The notes beneath the pieces were generated by a model. The model was given only the letters and a program-made list of their open reading frames with translations. It searched no databases and was not told the DNA's origin. Of a stretch of DNA of 64,000 nucleotides, positions 1 to 12,439 are shown piece after piece; position 1 is the stretch's first letter; each line of letters begins with the position of its first letter. A program made the position numbers and the translations under genes. Source of the DNA: Stegostoma tigrinum (taxonomy: Eukaryota); the NCBI RefSeq assembly GCF_030684315.1, contig NC_081355.1:58947909-59011908 (forward strand), in the 5' to 3' direction.

Positions 1-234
1 TTTTGGAAAAACTACCTTGTTTGCTCACTGACACCCTGTTATCTGGCAGCACATTGTTGATCCTTACATTTATTTATGTAATTTATGTATATTGATATTG
101 ATTTTATCTTTCTTTTATTTCTCCCATTTGCATCTCTATCCCGGAAGCAATGACTCATACTTGCGTATGGTTCTGCAGAGAGCGCAGAGCTTTGATATCT
201 TGCATGTGGTTATTCGTCCATTCTGACGCTTACC

Positions 235-377
235 ACTGGCATTCTCTCCCTAAAGGCATTGTGGGTTCACCTACAGCCAACAGACCGCTTCAGTTCAAGA
301 GAGCAGCTCAGAATGAGCAATGTAGGCTGGCCCAGGCAGCAACGCACATGTCCCATCAATAAACTTTTTAAAAAAAT
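235..377 (+). mobile_element. LINE 3' tail fragment (same family as 59040-60055)
   Basis: 'ctccctaaaggcattgtggg...cagttcaagagagcagctca' aligns by eye with 59908-59978; A-rich end. Confidence 0.55.
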
Positions 378-593
378 GCTGGACAGAGATTCAAATTAAC
401 AGCTGTATGTGATCTTGACCTTTCCCAAAAATCCCACACAGCTTCCGAAGGGAGGCACGGGACAAAACAGAGAGAGAGCCTGACTTTTATTTATCTAGTA
501 AGTCAATTGTCTAAATTCATTGAGGCTAATTTAGTACCCAGTGCCAATTGACAACACTGTGTTATCCAAAGTGTTCAGCTGATCAGTTATAAA

Positions 594-778
594 GTCATAG
601 AGTTGAACAGCATAGAAACAGACCCTTCAGCCCAACTCATCCATTCCAACCAGATATAGACCCTTCAGTTTAAGTTGCCCATGCAACTAAGTATTCTAAA
701 ATAATCTAGCCCCATTTGCCGGCATTTGGCCCATATCTCTCTAAACCTTTCCTATTCATGTTCCCATCCAGATGCCAG
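594..778 (-). mobile_element. CR1-type LINE 3' end fragment
   Basis: 'gtcatagagttgaacagcatagaaacagacccttcagcccaac...ggcccatatctctctaaacc' resembles a reverse CR1 3' UTR; a related ORF2 C-terminal piece lies at about 2340-2475. Confidence 0.55.
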
Positions 779-1139
779 TTGGAAAGCATTGTGGGAATTA
801 CAGCAGGATTCCTAGCAAACAGTCTATTAAAATCCATTTACTCAGTAGTGTCCATTTAAACAGCACAAAATAGCAACCAGTCTGCATTGGATAACGAAGA
901 GTCTATTTTAATAAAATGTATAAACTACATCAAGCAGGATTCATGGCCAAATCTGCATTTAGGAGAAATGTTAACAGACATGAAAGGGTTGGTTGGGAAT
1001 GGATAAGTAGTTAAATTTGGAAAAACTAAGTCATGACTGTGAGATAATGGGAACTGCAGATGCTGGAGATTCCAAGATAATAAAATGTGAGGCTGGATGA
1101 ACACAGCAGGCCAAGCAGCATCTCAGGAGCACAAAAGCT

Positions 1140-1167
1140 GACGTTTCGGGCCTAGACCCTTCATCAG
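1140..1167 (-). ncRNA. Minimal type I hammerhead-ribozyme-like motif, intact core
   Basis: Reverse complement reads CTGATGA a GGG tctagg CCC GAAA CG TC; stem III is the palindrome ACGU with no loop; stem I is only 2 bp. Confidence 0.65.
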
Positions 1168-1391
1168 AGAGGGGGATGGGGGGAGGGAACTGGAATAAAT
1201 AGGGAGAGAAGGGGAGGCGGACCGAAGATGGAGAGTAAAGAAGATAGGTGGAGAGAGTGTAGGTGGGGAGGTAGGGAGGGGATAGGTCAGTCCAGGGGAG
1301 ACGGACAGGTCAGGGAGGTGGGATGAGGTTAGTAGGTAGCTGGGGGTGCGGCTTGGGGTGGGAGGAAGGGATGGGTGAGAGGAAGAACCGG

Positions 1392-2261
1392 TTAGGGAGG
1401 CAGAGACAGGTTGGACTGGTTTTGGGATGCAGTGGGTGGGGGGGAAGAGCTGGGCTGGTTGTGTGGTGCAGTGGGGGGAGGGGATGAACTGGGCTGGTTT
1501 AGGGATGCAGTAGGGGAAGGGGAGATTTTGAAACTGGTGAAGTCCACATTGATACCATATGGCTGCAGGGTTCCCAGGCGGAATATGAGTTGCTGTTCCT
1601 GCAACCTTCGGGTGGCATCATTGTGGCAGTGCAGGAGGCCCATGATGGACATGTCATCAAGAGAATGGGAGGGGGAGTGGAAATGGTTTGCGACTGGGAG
1701 GTGCAGTTGTTTGTTGCGAACTGAGCAGAGGTGTTCTGCAAAGCGGTCCCCAAGCCTCCGCTTGGTTTCCCCAATGTAGAGGAAGCCGCACCGGGTACAG
1801 TGGATGCAGTATACCACATTGGCAGATGTGCAGGTGAACCTCTGCTTGATGTGGAATGTCATCTTGGGGCCTGGGATGGGGGTGAGGGAGGAGGTGTGGG
1901 GACAAGTGTAGCATTTCCTGCGGTTGCAGGGGAAGGTGCCGGGTGTGGTGGGGTTGGAGGGCAGTGTGGAGCGAACAAGGGAGTCATGGAGAGAGTGGTC
2001 TCTCCGGAAAGCAGACAGGGGAGGGGATGGAAAAATGTCTTGGGTGGTGGGGTCGGATTGTAAATGGCGGAAGTGTCGGAGGATAATGCGTTGTATCCGG
2101 AGGTTGGTAGGGTGGTGTGTGAGAACGAGGGGGATCCTCTTGGGGCGGTTGTGGCGGGGGCGGGGTGTGAGGGATGTGTCGCGGGAAATGCGGGAGACGT
2201 GGTCAAGGGCGTTCTCGATCACCGTGGGGGGAAAGTTGCGGTCCTTAAAGAACTTGGACAT
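1392..2261 (-). CDS. PLE ORF C-terminal part: RT thumb/linker plus GIY-YIG endonuclease (fragment)
   Basis: 289-aa ORF with Cys linker CNRRKCYTC (Neptune hallmark), VVYCIHCTRCGFLYIGET, FAEHL..ANHF (CCHH) and EQQLIFRLGTLQPYGIN. Confidence 0.9.
   Translation of the reverse strand: MSKFFKDRNFPPTVIENALDHVSRISRDTSLTPRPRHNRPKRIPLVLTHHPTNLRIQRIILRHFRHLQSDPTTQDIFPSPPLSAFRRDHSLHDSLVRSTLPSNPTTPGTFPCNRRKCYTCPHTSSLTPIPGPKMTFHIKQRFTCTSANVVYCIHCTRCGFLYIGETKRRLGDRFAEHLCSVRNKQLHLPVANHFHSPSHSLDDMSIMGLLHCHNDATRRLQEQQLIFRLGTLQPYGINVDFTSFKISPSPTASLNQPSSSPPPTAPHNQPSSSPPPTASQNQSNLSLPP
1416..1516. repeat. 39-bp tandem repeat (about 2.6 units) in the PLE ORF C-terminus
   Basis: Units start at 1416, 1455 and 1494 ('ctggtt..gatgcagt..gggg'); encodes PTAxxNQPSSSPP repeats. 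Confidence 0.8.
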
Positions 2262-2615
2262 CTGGGATGTGCGGGAGTGGAATGTCTTATCGTGGGAGCA
2301 GATGCGGCGGAGGCGGAGGAATTGGCTTACCTTAAACCTATTCTCTACTTTTGGACTCCCCTAACCTGGGAAAAAGACCTTGGCTATTCATCCTATCCAT
2401 ACCCCCCATGATTTTATAAATTTCTATAAAGTCACCCCTCAGCCTCTGATACTTCAGGGAAAAATGCTCCAGTCCTTATGACTCAAATGGTAGCCTTCTT
2501 AAAGGATTTTAACTTTCCTTTGAATACAACTTCCAGTACAGATGAAAAAGAAAAGTGTGTTTTAATGTCTTTCGTGTGGATGCATCAACTTCAGATAAGC
2601 TGAATTTAGTGGAGG

Positions 2616-4685
2616 AGTCCCAAACCATCCACAACCTCATCACCTCTGGTGACCTCCCATCCATAGCCTACAACCTCATTATTCCTCAACCCCGCAACAC
2701 CCGCTTCTATCTCCTTCCCAAAATCCACAAACCGGACTGCCTTGGTCGACCCATTGTCTCCACCTGCACCTGCTCCGTCGAACTTATCTCCACCTATCTC
2801 AACTCCATTTTCTCCCCCTTGACCCAGGAACTCCCTACCTACATCTGTAATACCACCCACGCCCTCCACCTCCTCCAAAATTTCCAATTCCCTGGCCTCC
2901 AACACCTCATCTTTACCATGGACATCCAGTCCCTATATACCTGCATTCCCCATGCAGATGGCCTAAAGGCCCTCTGCTTCTCCTGTCCCACAGGCCCAAA
3001 CAGTCCCCCTCCACGGACACCCTCAACCACTTAGCCGAACTCATCCTCACCCTCAACAACTTCTCTTTCAATTCCTCCCATTTCCTACAGACAAAGGGGG
3101 TGGCCATGGGTACCCGCATGGGCCCAAGCTATGCCTGCCTCTTTGTAGGGCATGTGGAACAATCCCTCTTCTGTAGCTACACTGGCACTAAACCCCACCT
3201 CTTCCTCCGTTACTTTTAAAAACTGTATTGACGCCACATGCTCCTACGAGGAGCTCGAACAGTTCATCCACTTCACCAACACCTTCCACCCCAAGCTTAA
3301 GTTCACCTGGACCATCTCTGATACCTCTCTCTCCATCGTGGACCTCTCTATTTCCATCTCTGGCAACCAGCTGGAAACCGATATCCATTTCAAGCCCACT
3401 GACTCCCACAGCTACCTAGAATACACCTCCCCCCACCCACGTTCCTGCAATAATGCTATGCCCCATTCCCAATTCCTTCGCCTCTGCCGCATCTGCTCCC
3501 AGGATGAGGCATTCCACTCCTGTACATCTCAGATGTCCTTGTTTTTCAAGGACCACAATTTCCCCTGCAGAGTGGTTGAGAACGCCTTCGACCGTCTCTC
3601 CCGCATTTCCCGCAATGCATCCTTCACACCCCCTCCCCACAATAACAACCAAAACAGAATCCCCCTCATCCTTACATACCATCCCACCAACCTCCAGATC
3701 CAACGCATCATCCTCCACACTTCCACCACCTGCAATCCGACCCCACCACCAAAGACAATTTTCCTCCCCACCCTTATCTGCTTTCTGGAGGGACCACTCT
3801 CTCCGGGACTCCTTTGTCTACTCCACACTCCCCTCCAGCCCCACCACACCTGGTACTTTTCCCTGCAACCACAGGAAGTGCTACACTTGCCCCTACACCT
3901 CCTCCCTCACCTCCATCCCAGGCTCCAAGAAGATTTTCCACATCAAGCAGAGGTTCACTTGCACATCTGCTAATGTGGTACACTGCATCCACTGTACCCA
4001 TTGTGGACTCTCTACATTGGGGAAACCAAGTGGAAGCTTGGGGACCACTTTGCAAAACACCTCCGCTCAGTTTGCGCGAAACAACTGCACCTCCCAGTTG
4101 CGAACCATTTCAACTCCCCCTCCCATTCCTTAGATGACTTGTCCATTCTGAGCCTCCTGCAGTGCCACAATGATGCCACCTGAAGGTTGCAGAAACAGCA
4201 ACTCATATGCTGCTTGGGAACCCCGCAGCCCAATGATATCGATGTGGACTTCACAAGCTTCAAAATCTCGCCTCCTCCTTCTGCATCCCAAAACCAGCCC
4301 AGCTTGTCCCCGCTTCCCTAACCTGTCCTTCCTCCCACCTATACCCTCTTCCCACCTTAAGCCCCACCCCCATCTCCTACCTACTGTCCTCATCCTGCCC
4401 CCTTGACCTGTCCATCCTCCCTGGACTGACCTATCTCCTCCCTAACTCCCCACCTACACTCACCTTTACTGGCTCCATCCCCACCTCTTTGACCTGTCTG
4501 TCTCCTCTCCATCTATCTCCTCCTCCATCCATCTCCTATCCACCTCCCTGTCTATCTCTATTTATTTCAGAACCCCCTTCCCTCCCCCATTTCTGAAGAA
4601 GGGTCTCGGCCCAAAACGCCAGCCTCCCTGCTCTTCTGATGCTGCTTGGCCTGCTGTATTCTCCCAGCTCTACACCTTGTTATCT
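2616..4685 (+). mobile_element. Penelope-like element (Neptune-type, subfamily A2), 5'-truncated, frameshifted RT plus GIY-YIG
   Basis: RT motifs FYLLPKIHK, GRPIVS, MDIQSLYTCIP, QTKGVAMGTRMGPSYA; linker CNHRKCYTC; LYIGETK. Flanked by a 16-bp direct repeat ctgaatttagtggagg (2600-2615, 4686-4701). Decayed hammerhead motif at 4593-4620. Confidence 0.93.
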
Positions 4686-4724
4686 CTGAATTTAGTGGAG
4701 GCTAGCTTCTTAAAGTTGCTTGAG

Positions 4725-5590
4725 TATTGATGAGAAAAACAGACATTCTGTCAAAGATAATCAATCAGATCATTTCTTGCTGTATATTGCACAAACACAT
4801 GAATGGGCCTTATGCTGAAACCTTCAATTCTGAAAAACTAGTTTACCTGAAGTTACCCTTTAGCTGTTTCACACTGCTGTTATACAATAGCAAAAGAAGA
4901 TATTCTGCCAATCACAACAATTAATACTGTGTTATTTGAGTTTTAATGCCCTTGTAATGGCAGGTTCGTATGTTATACTTCACAACAATTGGCGGGTTGC
5001 ATCAAAATGCATGTTCTTTCAGCTGTTTACAACAGGCAGAGTTTAGACAGTATTTAACCAGCCCATGCTTGCAAACTGACAAGCATTTTGTCCAATGTTA
5101 GATGTGATTCCACGAATGGAAAGCACTTATAGAACAATCTCAATGTGCTGAGATTTTTTTCTAACAACCAAGTTAAGATTATCAGTCAAGCTTGCAATGT
5201 GACTCACTTACCTGAATGAGTAGCTACATATAATCAAATGCAGGACCTTGTCCTCTATAAATAGAAAGTAAATGTTGAGGCATTACACTTTTTTAATAAA
5301 ACAAGAGCATGGGGCACAACAGTTCTTTGGTGCCTTCCCATGGCAATGACCTGACCAATCAAATATGACTTACCATTTTTGAATTTAAACAAAAGCTTGG
5401 GGAATAACTGTTCTCAGGGTACATTCTGCATATCATGATAACAACTCAACCTTTCAGAGTATACTTGCCAGCCAATCAGCATGCTTTTCTTAAGCTGTTC
5501 CTGTGAAGTTTGTTATTATTGCCCCTATCCTGACAAATGCAGGATGCAAAGCTTCAATAGTTTGGCCTTTTTTCACTAATATTTTAGATC
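4725..5590 (+). mobile_element. Old, degraded PLE (Penelope/Poseidon-type), linker plus GIY-YIG plus 3' UTR
   Basis: Remnants 'NGP..EKLVYLKLP', a GIY-YIG-like 'VLFEF*CPC' segment and 'ATYNQMQDLVL'; the 3' UTR with catggcaatg/ccaatc resembles 27600-27890. Confidence 0.55.
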
Positions 5591-5835
5591 CATAATGCTA
5601 AGTAACTATTAACATAGAATTTTGTCAAGTACTGTGTACAAACCCTCAGTGAATTGCAATTTGTTTAAATTGTACCTTTGACCACTTATACATGGTGCAT
5701 TCTGAACTGGTGTATTGGTTTAAGTGGAGGCAGACAGTCCAGATCCCTACCATGACTGTTGGACTGCCTTTGTTTTGTTTGCTGGGCCTCAGAAGCTCTT
5801 GGAGGATCGTCAAAGGCTGCTTCACCAGCACCTAC

Positions 5836-5975
5836 AGCGGGAGCATTTAAGGCTGAGATAGATAATTGATCAATAGGGGAGGCAAGGGTTATGGGGAAAA
5901 CACAGGAAATTGGATGTAAGGAATGTTGGATCAGCCATAATCCAATTGAATGGAAAAGCCCATATAGGGGAGGCA
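5836..5975 (+). mobile_element. CR1 3' end fragment
   Basis: 'atttaaggctgagatagat...gggttatgggga...gatcagccat..ttgaatgg', the same 3' UTR as 62620-62780. Confidence 0.55.
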
Positions 5976-6582
5976 ATGGCGTAGTGTTATTTCCCTGCTA
6001 TCAGTGTCTGCTCATGCTCACTTGTAGATTGAATAAGCAAGTGCAAACCGCTCTAAATGTCTAACTAAGGTCCCCAAAGTACAAGGTGTGTGCATGTTCA
6101 TGGCTGTATGTTCTGTCCTGGTTCACCATCCAAAGGAATGAGCTCCTTTGAAGAATTGTTCTGATTACACTTGCTGTACGTGTAATGGTCTTTGAAGACA
6201 AATGAAAGCAGCATGTATTAGTTAAGGCAAAATAATAATCATCATACTCAATCTTCTGGTACTTCAGGCATTGAAATGAAATATGTATAAGAGGAATTTG
6301 TAAATCTGTCACCAACTATCTGCAGGCTCCTTGAAGCTCTGTTACAAATCAAAGGGGACACTGATGTGCCACTTAGCTGGAGGGCCTGTCCTCTGTGGCC
6401 AGACATGCTTGTGCTTGGCCACCTCCAATCTTTTCTCTCCCCCTAAAATGTTATGCTGTCTTCTGCTACAAGAAGTGATCAAGAGATCCAATGAGTTAGT
6501 TAACATGAGGTATCCATTCAATGCATGCTGTTTAAATTGGTGAGGCTGTCTCAGAGATAGGTACATCACACTGCATAAGGAT

Positions 6583-6818
6583 TGTGAAATAACTCCACAG
6601 AGGCTGGTATCCCGTCATCAAGTCATCCTTTATTTACACATGGAAAGTCCCTGACACCGACCTGGATCTCTCAGGGCCAGCTCTGAGAGTGAATAGAACC
6701 TCTGACATTCCTGCCTATATCTGTCAGAAAGGGCTTCCTGACTGGACCAGATTTATAACCCCAATCAGGGAATTCATTCTGTGAGGCCCACATGGCTGAC
6801 CAAGTTACAATCAATGCA
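6583..6818 (-). mobile_element. Probable solo LTR
   Basis: About 235 bp bounded by TG...CA; AATAAA on the minus strand; resembles shark Gypsy LTRs as I recall them; no clean TSD. Confidence 0.4.
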
Positions 6819-8339
6819 GATTGGAGTGAGTGGGAACTGTAGATAGGTAACTGAGAAAATAATGAAGTGCACAGAAAGTGAAGGCCAAGTGAATTTTTGT
6901 TGCATACTGCTCATGGGCCGGTAGATATCATGCATTCAGACATCATGCATTTCTGTTTAGGAGGCTGACATCTGGGGCAAAATCTATGTTTAACCTGTCT
7001 ACCAATAGTCAGAAGTCCAGATCAGGGATTGAAAAAATGGCACCTCTTCCACTTGACCATCTAATCAATGTGTTAGGTATTTCTGGACTATCCACTAAAT
7101 TCCACCTAGTTTGAACCATTTGATTGCAGGCTTATGCTTTCAATGGTCTTGTAATGCACCCAAAATTGTGAAGAAACAATGGTAACTGATTATGATTTGA
7201 TTGCTGTTAGAGTGCGACACTGTTGCTCCCTGTGGAAATAATTGGCAAATGAAATGGCCAAGTATTTTTTGGAAGATGATGGACATGAAATATTTTACTT
7301 ACGTTTGAAATCCCAAATATAAAAAAACACTGGAGTGCAATCTGTTTTCTTTTATTGTTACTTTATAAAGAAAATCCATGTCATTCTCCTACACTTCACA
7401 GATACAAAACATACAATGGTAGAATAACATAATTTTATTATGATTTTATTCATTGAGCGAACAGCTTTTCAAGAACATATGATTGAGAAGAATAAGTAAT
7501 GTAGTTGTTGATAGGAGAGCATATATTTGGCAAAATAAGCATAAAATATCAGCCATTCTTAGCATTATTTCATTAGTAAATGAAGCTTTCTTCAAAGCAT
7601 ATTGTATTCATTGCCAGTATTGCTTGCATGAGTGAATATTTTAGCCAATTAAATTGACAGTAACCTGAATTAAGGTGCTGCAGGTAACTCTGCAATCCTT
7701 GTCTTGTGCAACATAAATGTCCCATGTACAATGCATGCTATAATGGGTTATTGAGAACACTTGTCCGTCATAGGTATGGAATAAGATTGTGTTCTGTGAA
7801 TGCCGTATGTCTTTGGCTCAAGCCAGCTGGTTTTTTTTATATTTTCAGTGACCCTTTTTCCTTTGGTTCTCGATGAAACAAAGTTCAATTGAAATATGCT
7901 TTTTGCCCTCTGAGACCAAACCTAAAAAGAATATGGACCTATTTAGAAATTCACTTCTTAAAAATATTGTAAAAGAAGTAGTTTTCACAGACTTTATAAA
8001 AGGTCTTGATGGGGACTTTTTATTAGAAACCTGAGTAATTTGGAGTTGCTAAAAAGCAAAATTGGAATAATTCTTTCAAACCTTCAGGCTATAGTTTCTG
8101 GCTAAAGTGTCCAATTTCTTTGTAGCTTACTCTGAAGAATATTAACATTGAAATTAAACTAAATTAAGAAGTACTGAGAAATGTATTTCATGTATTAGTC
8201 TTAGAGCAATTGTGCTGATTCTAGAAAATAATCTGAAATACTTAAAACAAATAAGTCAATTCTTCCATGACGATAGTGGAGGGTTTTCAGGTGAATTTTC
8301 ATCAGTTGGTGCCCCACAACAGATTTTTAGGATCTATTA

Positions 8340-9850
8340 CAAAACAACATGCATTTATAAAGGTCCCATAAGGGAATAAAATGTCCCAAGGCATGTTCAC
8401 AGGAGCATTATCAAACAAAATGACATTGTGTGGAATCAAGGAATAGCTGGTCAAATTTTTGATCATAGTTGTAGATTTTAAAGGGCACCTTGAAGGATAA
8501 AAATGAATTAGATGGCAGACAGTTTTAGGGAGATAATATCAAAATTTAGAATTTACACAGACGATGCATGGCCAGTTATGGTGGAATAAATGCAATTGGG
8601 TTGCACAGGAAGAAAGAATTACAAGAACACAGAGATGGTGGTGACCAGGAAGTAAAAGTAGCGTGTGGTTGGTGAAATCGATAACTACAGAGGTTTATTG
8701 TGAATAGATGAAATAAGGCTGGAGAGTTGGGACTTTTGCAAATGCAAATGTAAGATAATTGGGAGACAGTTTCTTTTTCCCCGTTGGCAGACACAGAAAG
8801 TAGAGTTGGGATGTGGAAGGGAGATATGACTGGAATGTAATGTATGGAAGTGATTAGTTATTATCTTATCCAGGATTGATACAATTGCCATTGTGAAGTC
8901 ATTTAAAGTAGCAAGGTCAAGGTTGCCCACGATTAAAGAATGGGGAGTTGGCATGGAGGGAAAGATTAGATGGAGTGATTAAGGTAGGTTTGGAGGGCAG
9001 TAATGTCAGGAGAGAGAGGAGCAGAATATCATAAATTGAGACAGAGTCTGAAATGATGGAGGATGAGCAGTCAACTGGTACAGAAATTGAAATAGATCAG
9101 GTAACATAGCTTGACAACCAAATGGATATGGGAGTAAAGAATAAGGATTTTAACTAGGAGGTGTGGGGGTGAAACAGTTGAGATGACCAATAGAGGAGAA
9201 AATGCTGAAACAATGACGAAATAGCACAAGGTGAGGCTTGGTAAGAAGTCACCCAACCACTCTGAGTCTGCATGAGGCAAGTATTAAAAGTGATAACCAG
9301 GAAGAGAGGCTTCATTTATTAGAAACGTATCATGATCTCTCAGTCTGGCTTCATTTATGGTTTTAAGTGTTGGTATGGACTTTGTTCACAAGTGAATGGA
9401 TATTCTGAAAGGAAATGTGAAGAAGGGTGGTAATCAGTGATCTACTGACTTAATCTCAGGGTCAGCACTAGGATCAGTAAACTGGATACAGCGGCAATTA
9501 TGAACATTAGCCTCCAGTGGATGCATTCGATGGAAAGATCGATGACAAACCAGGATAGGTAATTTGAGGTTGCTGTTTATAAGAAAGCAGTGACAGTGCC
9601 TTGACAAACTTTTCAGAGGGCTTCAACAGAAAGGCACAGAGGGAAGTTATAAGCTCATTGAAGACAGTGTTGGACTTAGCTCAGCAGGAGGAAAGGCTAG
9701 GGTAAAGATCTGAGTGAGACAAAGCGTGCAAGGAAGAGATGATGGGAGGCTTGGCGGCAGAAGCAAGGGCCTGAGAAGAGCCAAGGAAAAAGGACATAGA
9801 ATTGTTTGTTGGAAGTGGTAGAGGTAAAAGGAGGGTAGGTGAATGTAAAT
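8340..9850 (-). mobile_element. Degraded L2-type LINE
   Basis: Reverse L2-like 3' end 'caacatgcatttata...tgtcccaaggc' followed by a long G/A-rich + strand. Confidence 0.5.
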
Positions 9851-10103
9851 AGAAGTGGAAATCTTTCATTCCTACAGTTTTTTTTGTTCTTTAGACAATT
9901 TGTATCTCTACTGCCATTGTCCTTTAATCCCATGGATTTTCATTTTACTAATAAGTTTATTAGGTGGCCCAAATCAAGTGCCTTTTGCAAATCTGTACAA
10001 ACAACATCAGTCACATTATCCTCAATTTACTGCATCAAAGAGCTCTATCAAATTAGTGAAACATAAATTGCCTTTAACAAATGTGCTGACTGTTGTTGGT
10101 TGG

Positions 10104-10393
10104 CTGGGTAACATCATCAGTGCAGCCTCCGCTGAAGCGCTGTTGTGTTTTCTCGCTTGTTATTTGAACTTGACCCCATATATACCCATCTGCGAAGGAA
10201 AACCGGACGTGAGGTAATCCAGCTCAATGGACTCCAGAGTTTAAAAGCCAGGTGGGAAAACACAACGGCACTTCAGCGGAGGCTAAACTGAGGATATTAC
10301 CTGGCAGGGTAATGAAATGCCTGCGGAACAACGACGAACCAGCTCAGCAAGCTAACCATCCACAACCCGAGCTAGAAATCTACTCCAGCACCT
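10104..10393 (+). mobile_element. PLE 3' end (Poseidon-like family) with inverted duplicated arm and hammerhead-like motif
   Basis: Inverted repeat 10104-10170 / 10238-10305; spacer reads ELDPIYTHLRRKTG (PLE EN C-terminus-like); CTGAGGA t attacc-tggcag-ggtaat GAAA at 10288-10317. Confidence 0.7.
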
Positions 10394-10819
10394 TAGTGCA
10401 AACTGTCATTTATTAGACTATTTTCCAAATTCTAGATAATTTTGCCCTAGATTATTTGTTCTAAAAGATTTGCTACCTCCAGTGTAAGGCTGCCTGGTCT
10501 ATAGTTGCCAGGCTCATTCATCCCTCACCCCTTTTTTCCAAAGAATATTATAACATTTACAACTCTTCAGTCATCTGGTACCACATCCATATGGAAGAAG
10601 CAGGAGAAAAGTGATACCAGAACCTGGGTCGGTTTTACTTTTAATTATCTCAGTAACATAGGAAGTATCCTATCTAATCTTTGGGACCTTTCTAATTGGA
10701 AAGCTGCCAACCTTTTAATTTATATTCGAATTCTACTTCAATTTTAATCATATTGAGCATCTCTGCTACTTGGTGCCAGTGTAGCATAATCCTCATCTCT
10801 AGTGAGACAAATGTGAAGG

Positions 10820-11130
10820 ACTCATTTCTCCATGTTGAACAATATTTGGAAGAGGTACTGAGGGTGGTAAGGGCATAGAATGCACCCAGGTTGAGGCAGT
10901 AACCACCAAGAATGGCTTATGGGCCCATTATTGACTGAGCTATTCGAATCCTGAAGGACATAACTGCTACATTTGATCTGTGGCAGATGGTGAGGGAAGA
11001 ATCTACTTGATTTCCTCCTCACTACCCTCCTGTCACACATGCGTCTGTCCAGGACAGCACTGTGATCTCTTCATTGAGTTCTGTGTTACTGTTGAATGCT
11101 AGTTGGGATAGATTTTAAACAGTTCTAAAT
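10820..11130 (+). mobile_element. LINE AP-endonuclease-region remnant
   Basis: Degenerate 'HVEQYLEEVLRV', 'HQEWL', 'LKDITA', 'NLLD' motifs. Confidence 0.45.
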
Positions 11131-12439
11131 GGTTATTTTGAGTGAGTTGTACAGCAAGCTGAAAATCCATCAGGAGACAGTCCTTTGATAAATGTCAGCA
11201 ATACTGCTGTGGTGAAGAGCTTGAACAGAATGTATAGGAAGTTAAACAACACATAAAGCAGAAAGTAGAAGAAGACCAGTCATCAAAGGGGTCAAAAAGA
11301 TGTTGGAGAGTCTGAACAGTTGCTCGAACAGGTTCTGAGGGAGGGAATATACTGGACTGATAGAAGGCTAAAAAATTAATTGAATCTGAAGGATCCAAGG
11401 TGTAAAACTAGAAACTTGAAATGAGCTGTAAGTTCATACAGGACAAAACAATAAATGCCAAGTGGATTTGAACCACTCAACAGCTGAAAAAATGAGATCA
11501 GTTTGTGGCCAATCTTGAATAAAACCTGGCTGTATTGCATCAACATAAGCAAATTCTGAAAAACTAACTGTAGCCCAGGAAAGAAAACTTGACAACACCT
11601 CCAGACCATCATGAGATTTGGGCCTGTCAATGAATTACCTATGAATTATGGAGGCTCATAGACTCACTTGTTATTGTAAATAATGAAACTTTCTTCTGGA
11701 AGAAAAGGGGTTTGTTGAATACTTACTTTGCTTTAAAGAAAGAGCTTGCCTTTGAGGATACCATGTGTTATGTATATACAAAGTTTGTGACAGTTAATCT
11801 GCTGGATTTTCCAGCAGCACATGTAGCGATCAGTTGATTAATGTAATGTCAGCTTCATAAGTTGAAATGTGTTTTCCTGTGTTAAATAAATTAACTCAAG
11901 GAATGAATCAATCTCTGAAGCAATAGATTATTAGATCATTGTCATTAACATGGGCCTCTTGGCTCCCACGAAAATATAATGCTCTTCTTTCTGCTTGGCT
12001 CTGTGACTAAGGCTTTGGTGTGATTTCTGTGAACCATGATGACATCCACCATTCTGCTGATTCACCTCTATTTATTCAATTTCTCACTGTAGCAGAAACC
12101 ACTAGCTATCTTTTAATTTAGTGCAGCTTCCCTTTCAAGAGGGACATGTCAGAGATGGGAGGTTAACTGGAATATATGTTAACCTTGCATACTTTTGAGT
12201 CTCCCTTTTTGTGCATGCAACTAGTAAGCAGCCTGGTCTTACTGGTTGCATGGAGAAATAATTGAAGTGAGCATCCAACATAAAGTCTGCTGACTGATTC
12301 TCCATACTTCCCCTTTGTCCTCCTTATGTGCTTAAGTGTAAATCTCCTCTGAACTTTCTGTATTTGACTTGAGTATCTGCCGTGTTAAGAACCTAGAATG
12401 TCATTAGCCTTCTTTTATTGTCCAATGTTTGTATTTATT

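Larger units (their letters stand above)
1040..2324 (-). mobile_element. Penelope-like element, family A (Neptune-type), 5'-truncated, complete 3' terminus
   Basis: GIY-YIG ORF, purine-rich (+ strand) 3' UTR, hammerhead-like motif and terminal tail 'gagataatgggaactgcagatgc'; highly similar to 60435-62056; no TSD seen. Confidence 0.93.

Noticed and set aside
1416-1516. Regularly spaced repeats suggestive of a CRISPR array
   Set aside because: Contiguous 39-bp tandem units without unique spacers, in eukaryotic TE context.
1411-2411. Many long overlapping antisense and alternative-frame ORFs in PLE copies (also 3188-4406 and 60790-61822)
   Set aside because: Expected from the GC-rich, strand-skewed composition of the element; no recognisable domains.
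4219-4685. SECIS or selenoprotein recoding in the PLEs (in-frame TGA at 4181)
   Set aside because: The TGA corresponds to CGA (Arg) in sister copies, so it is CpG decay; selenoprotein PLEs are known from the Naiad clade, which has a different domain order.
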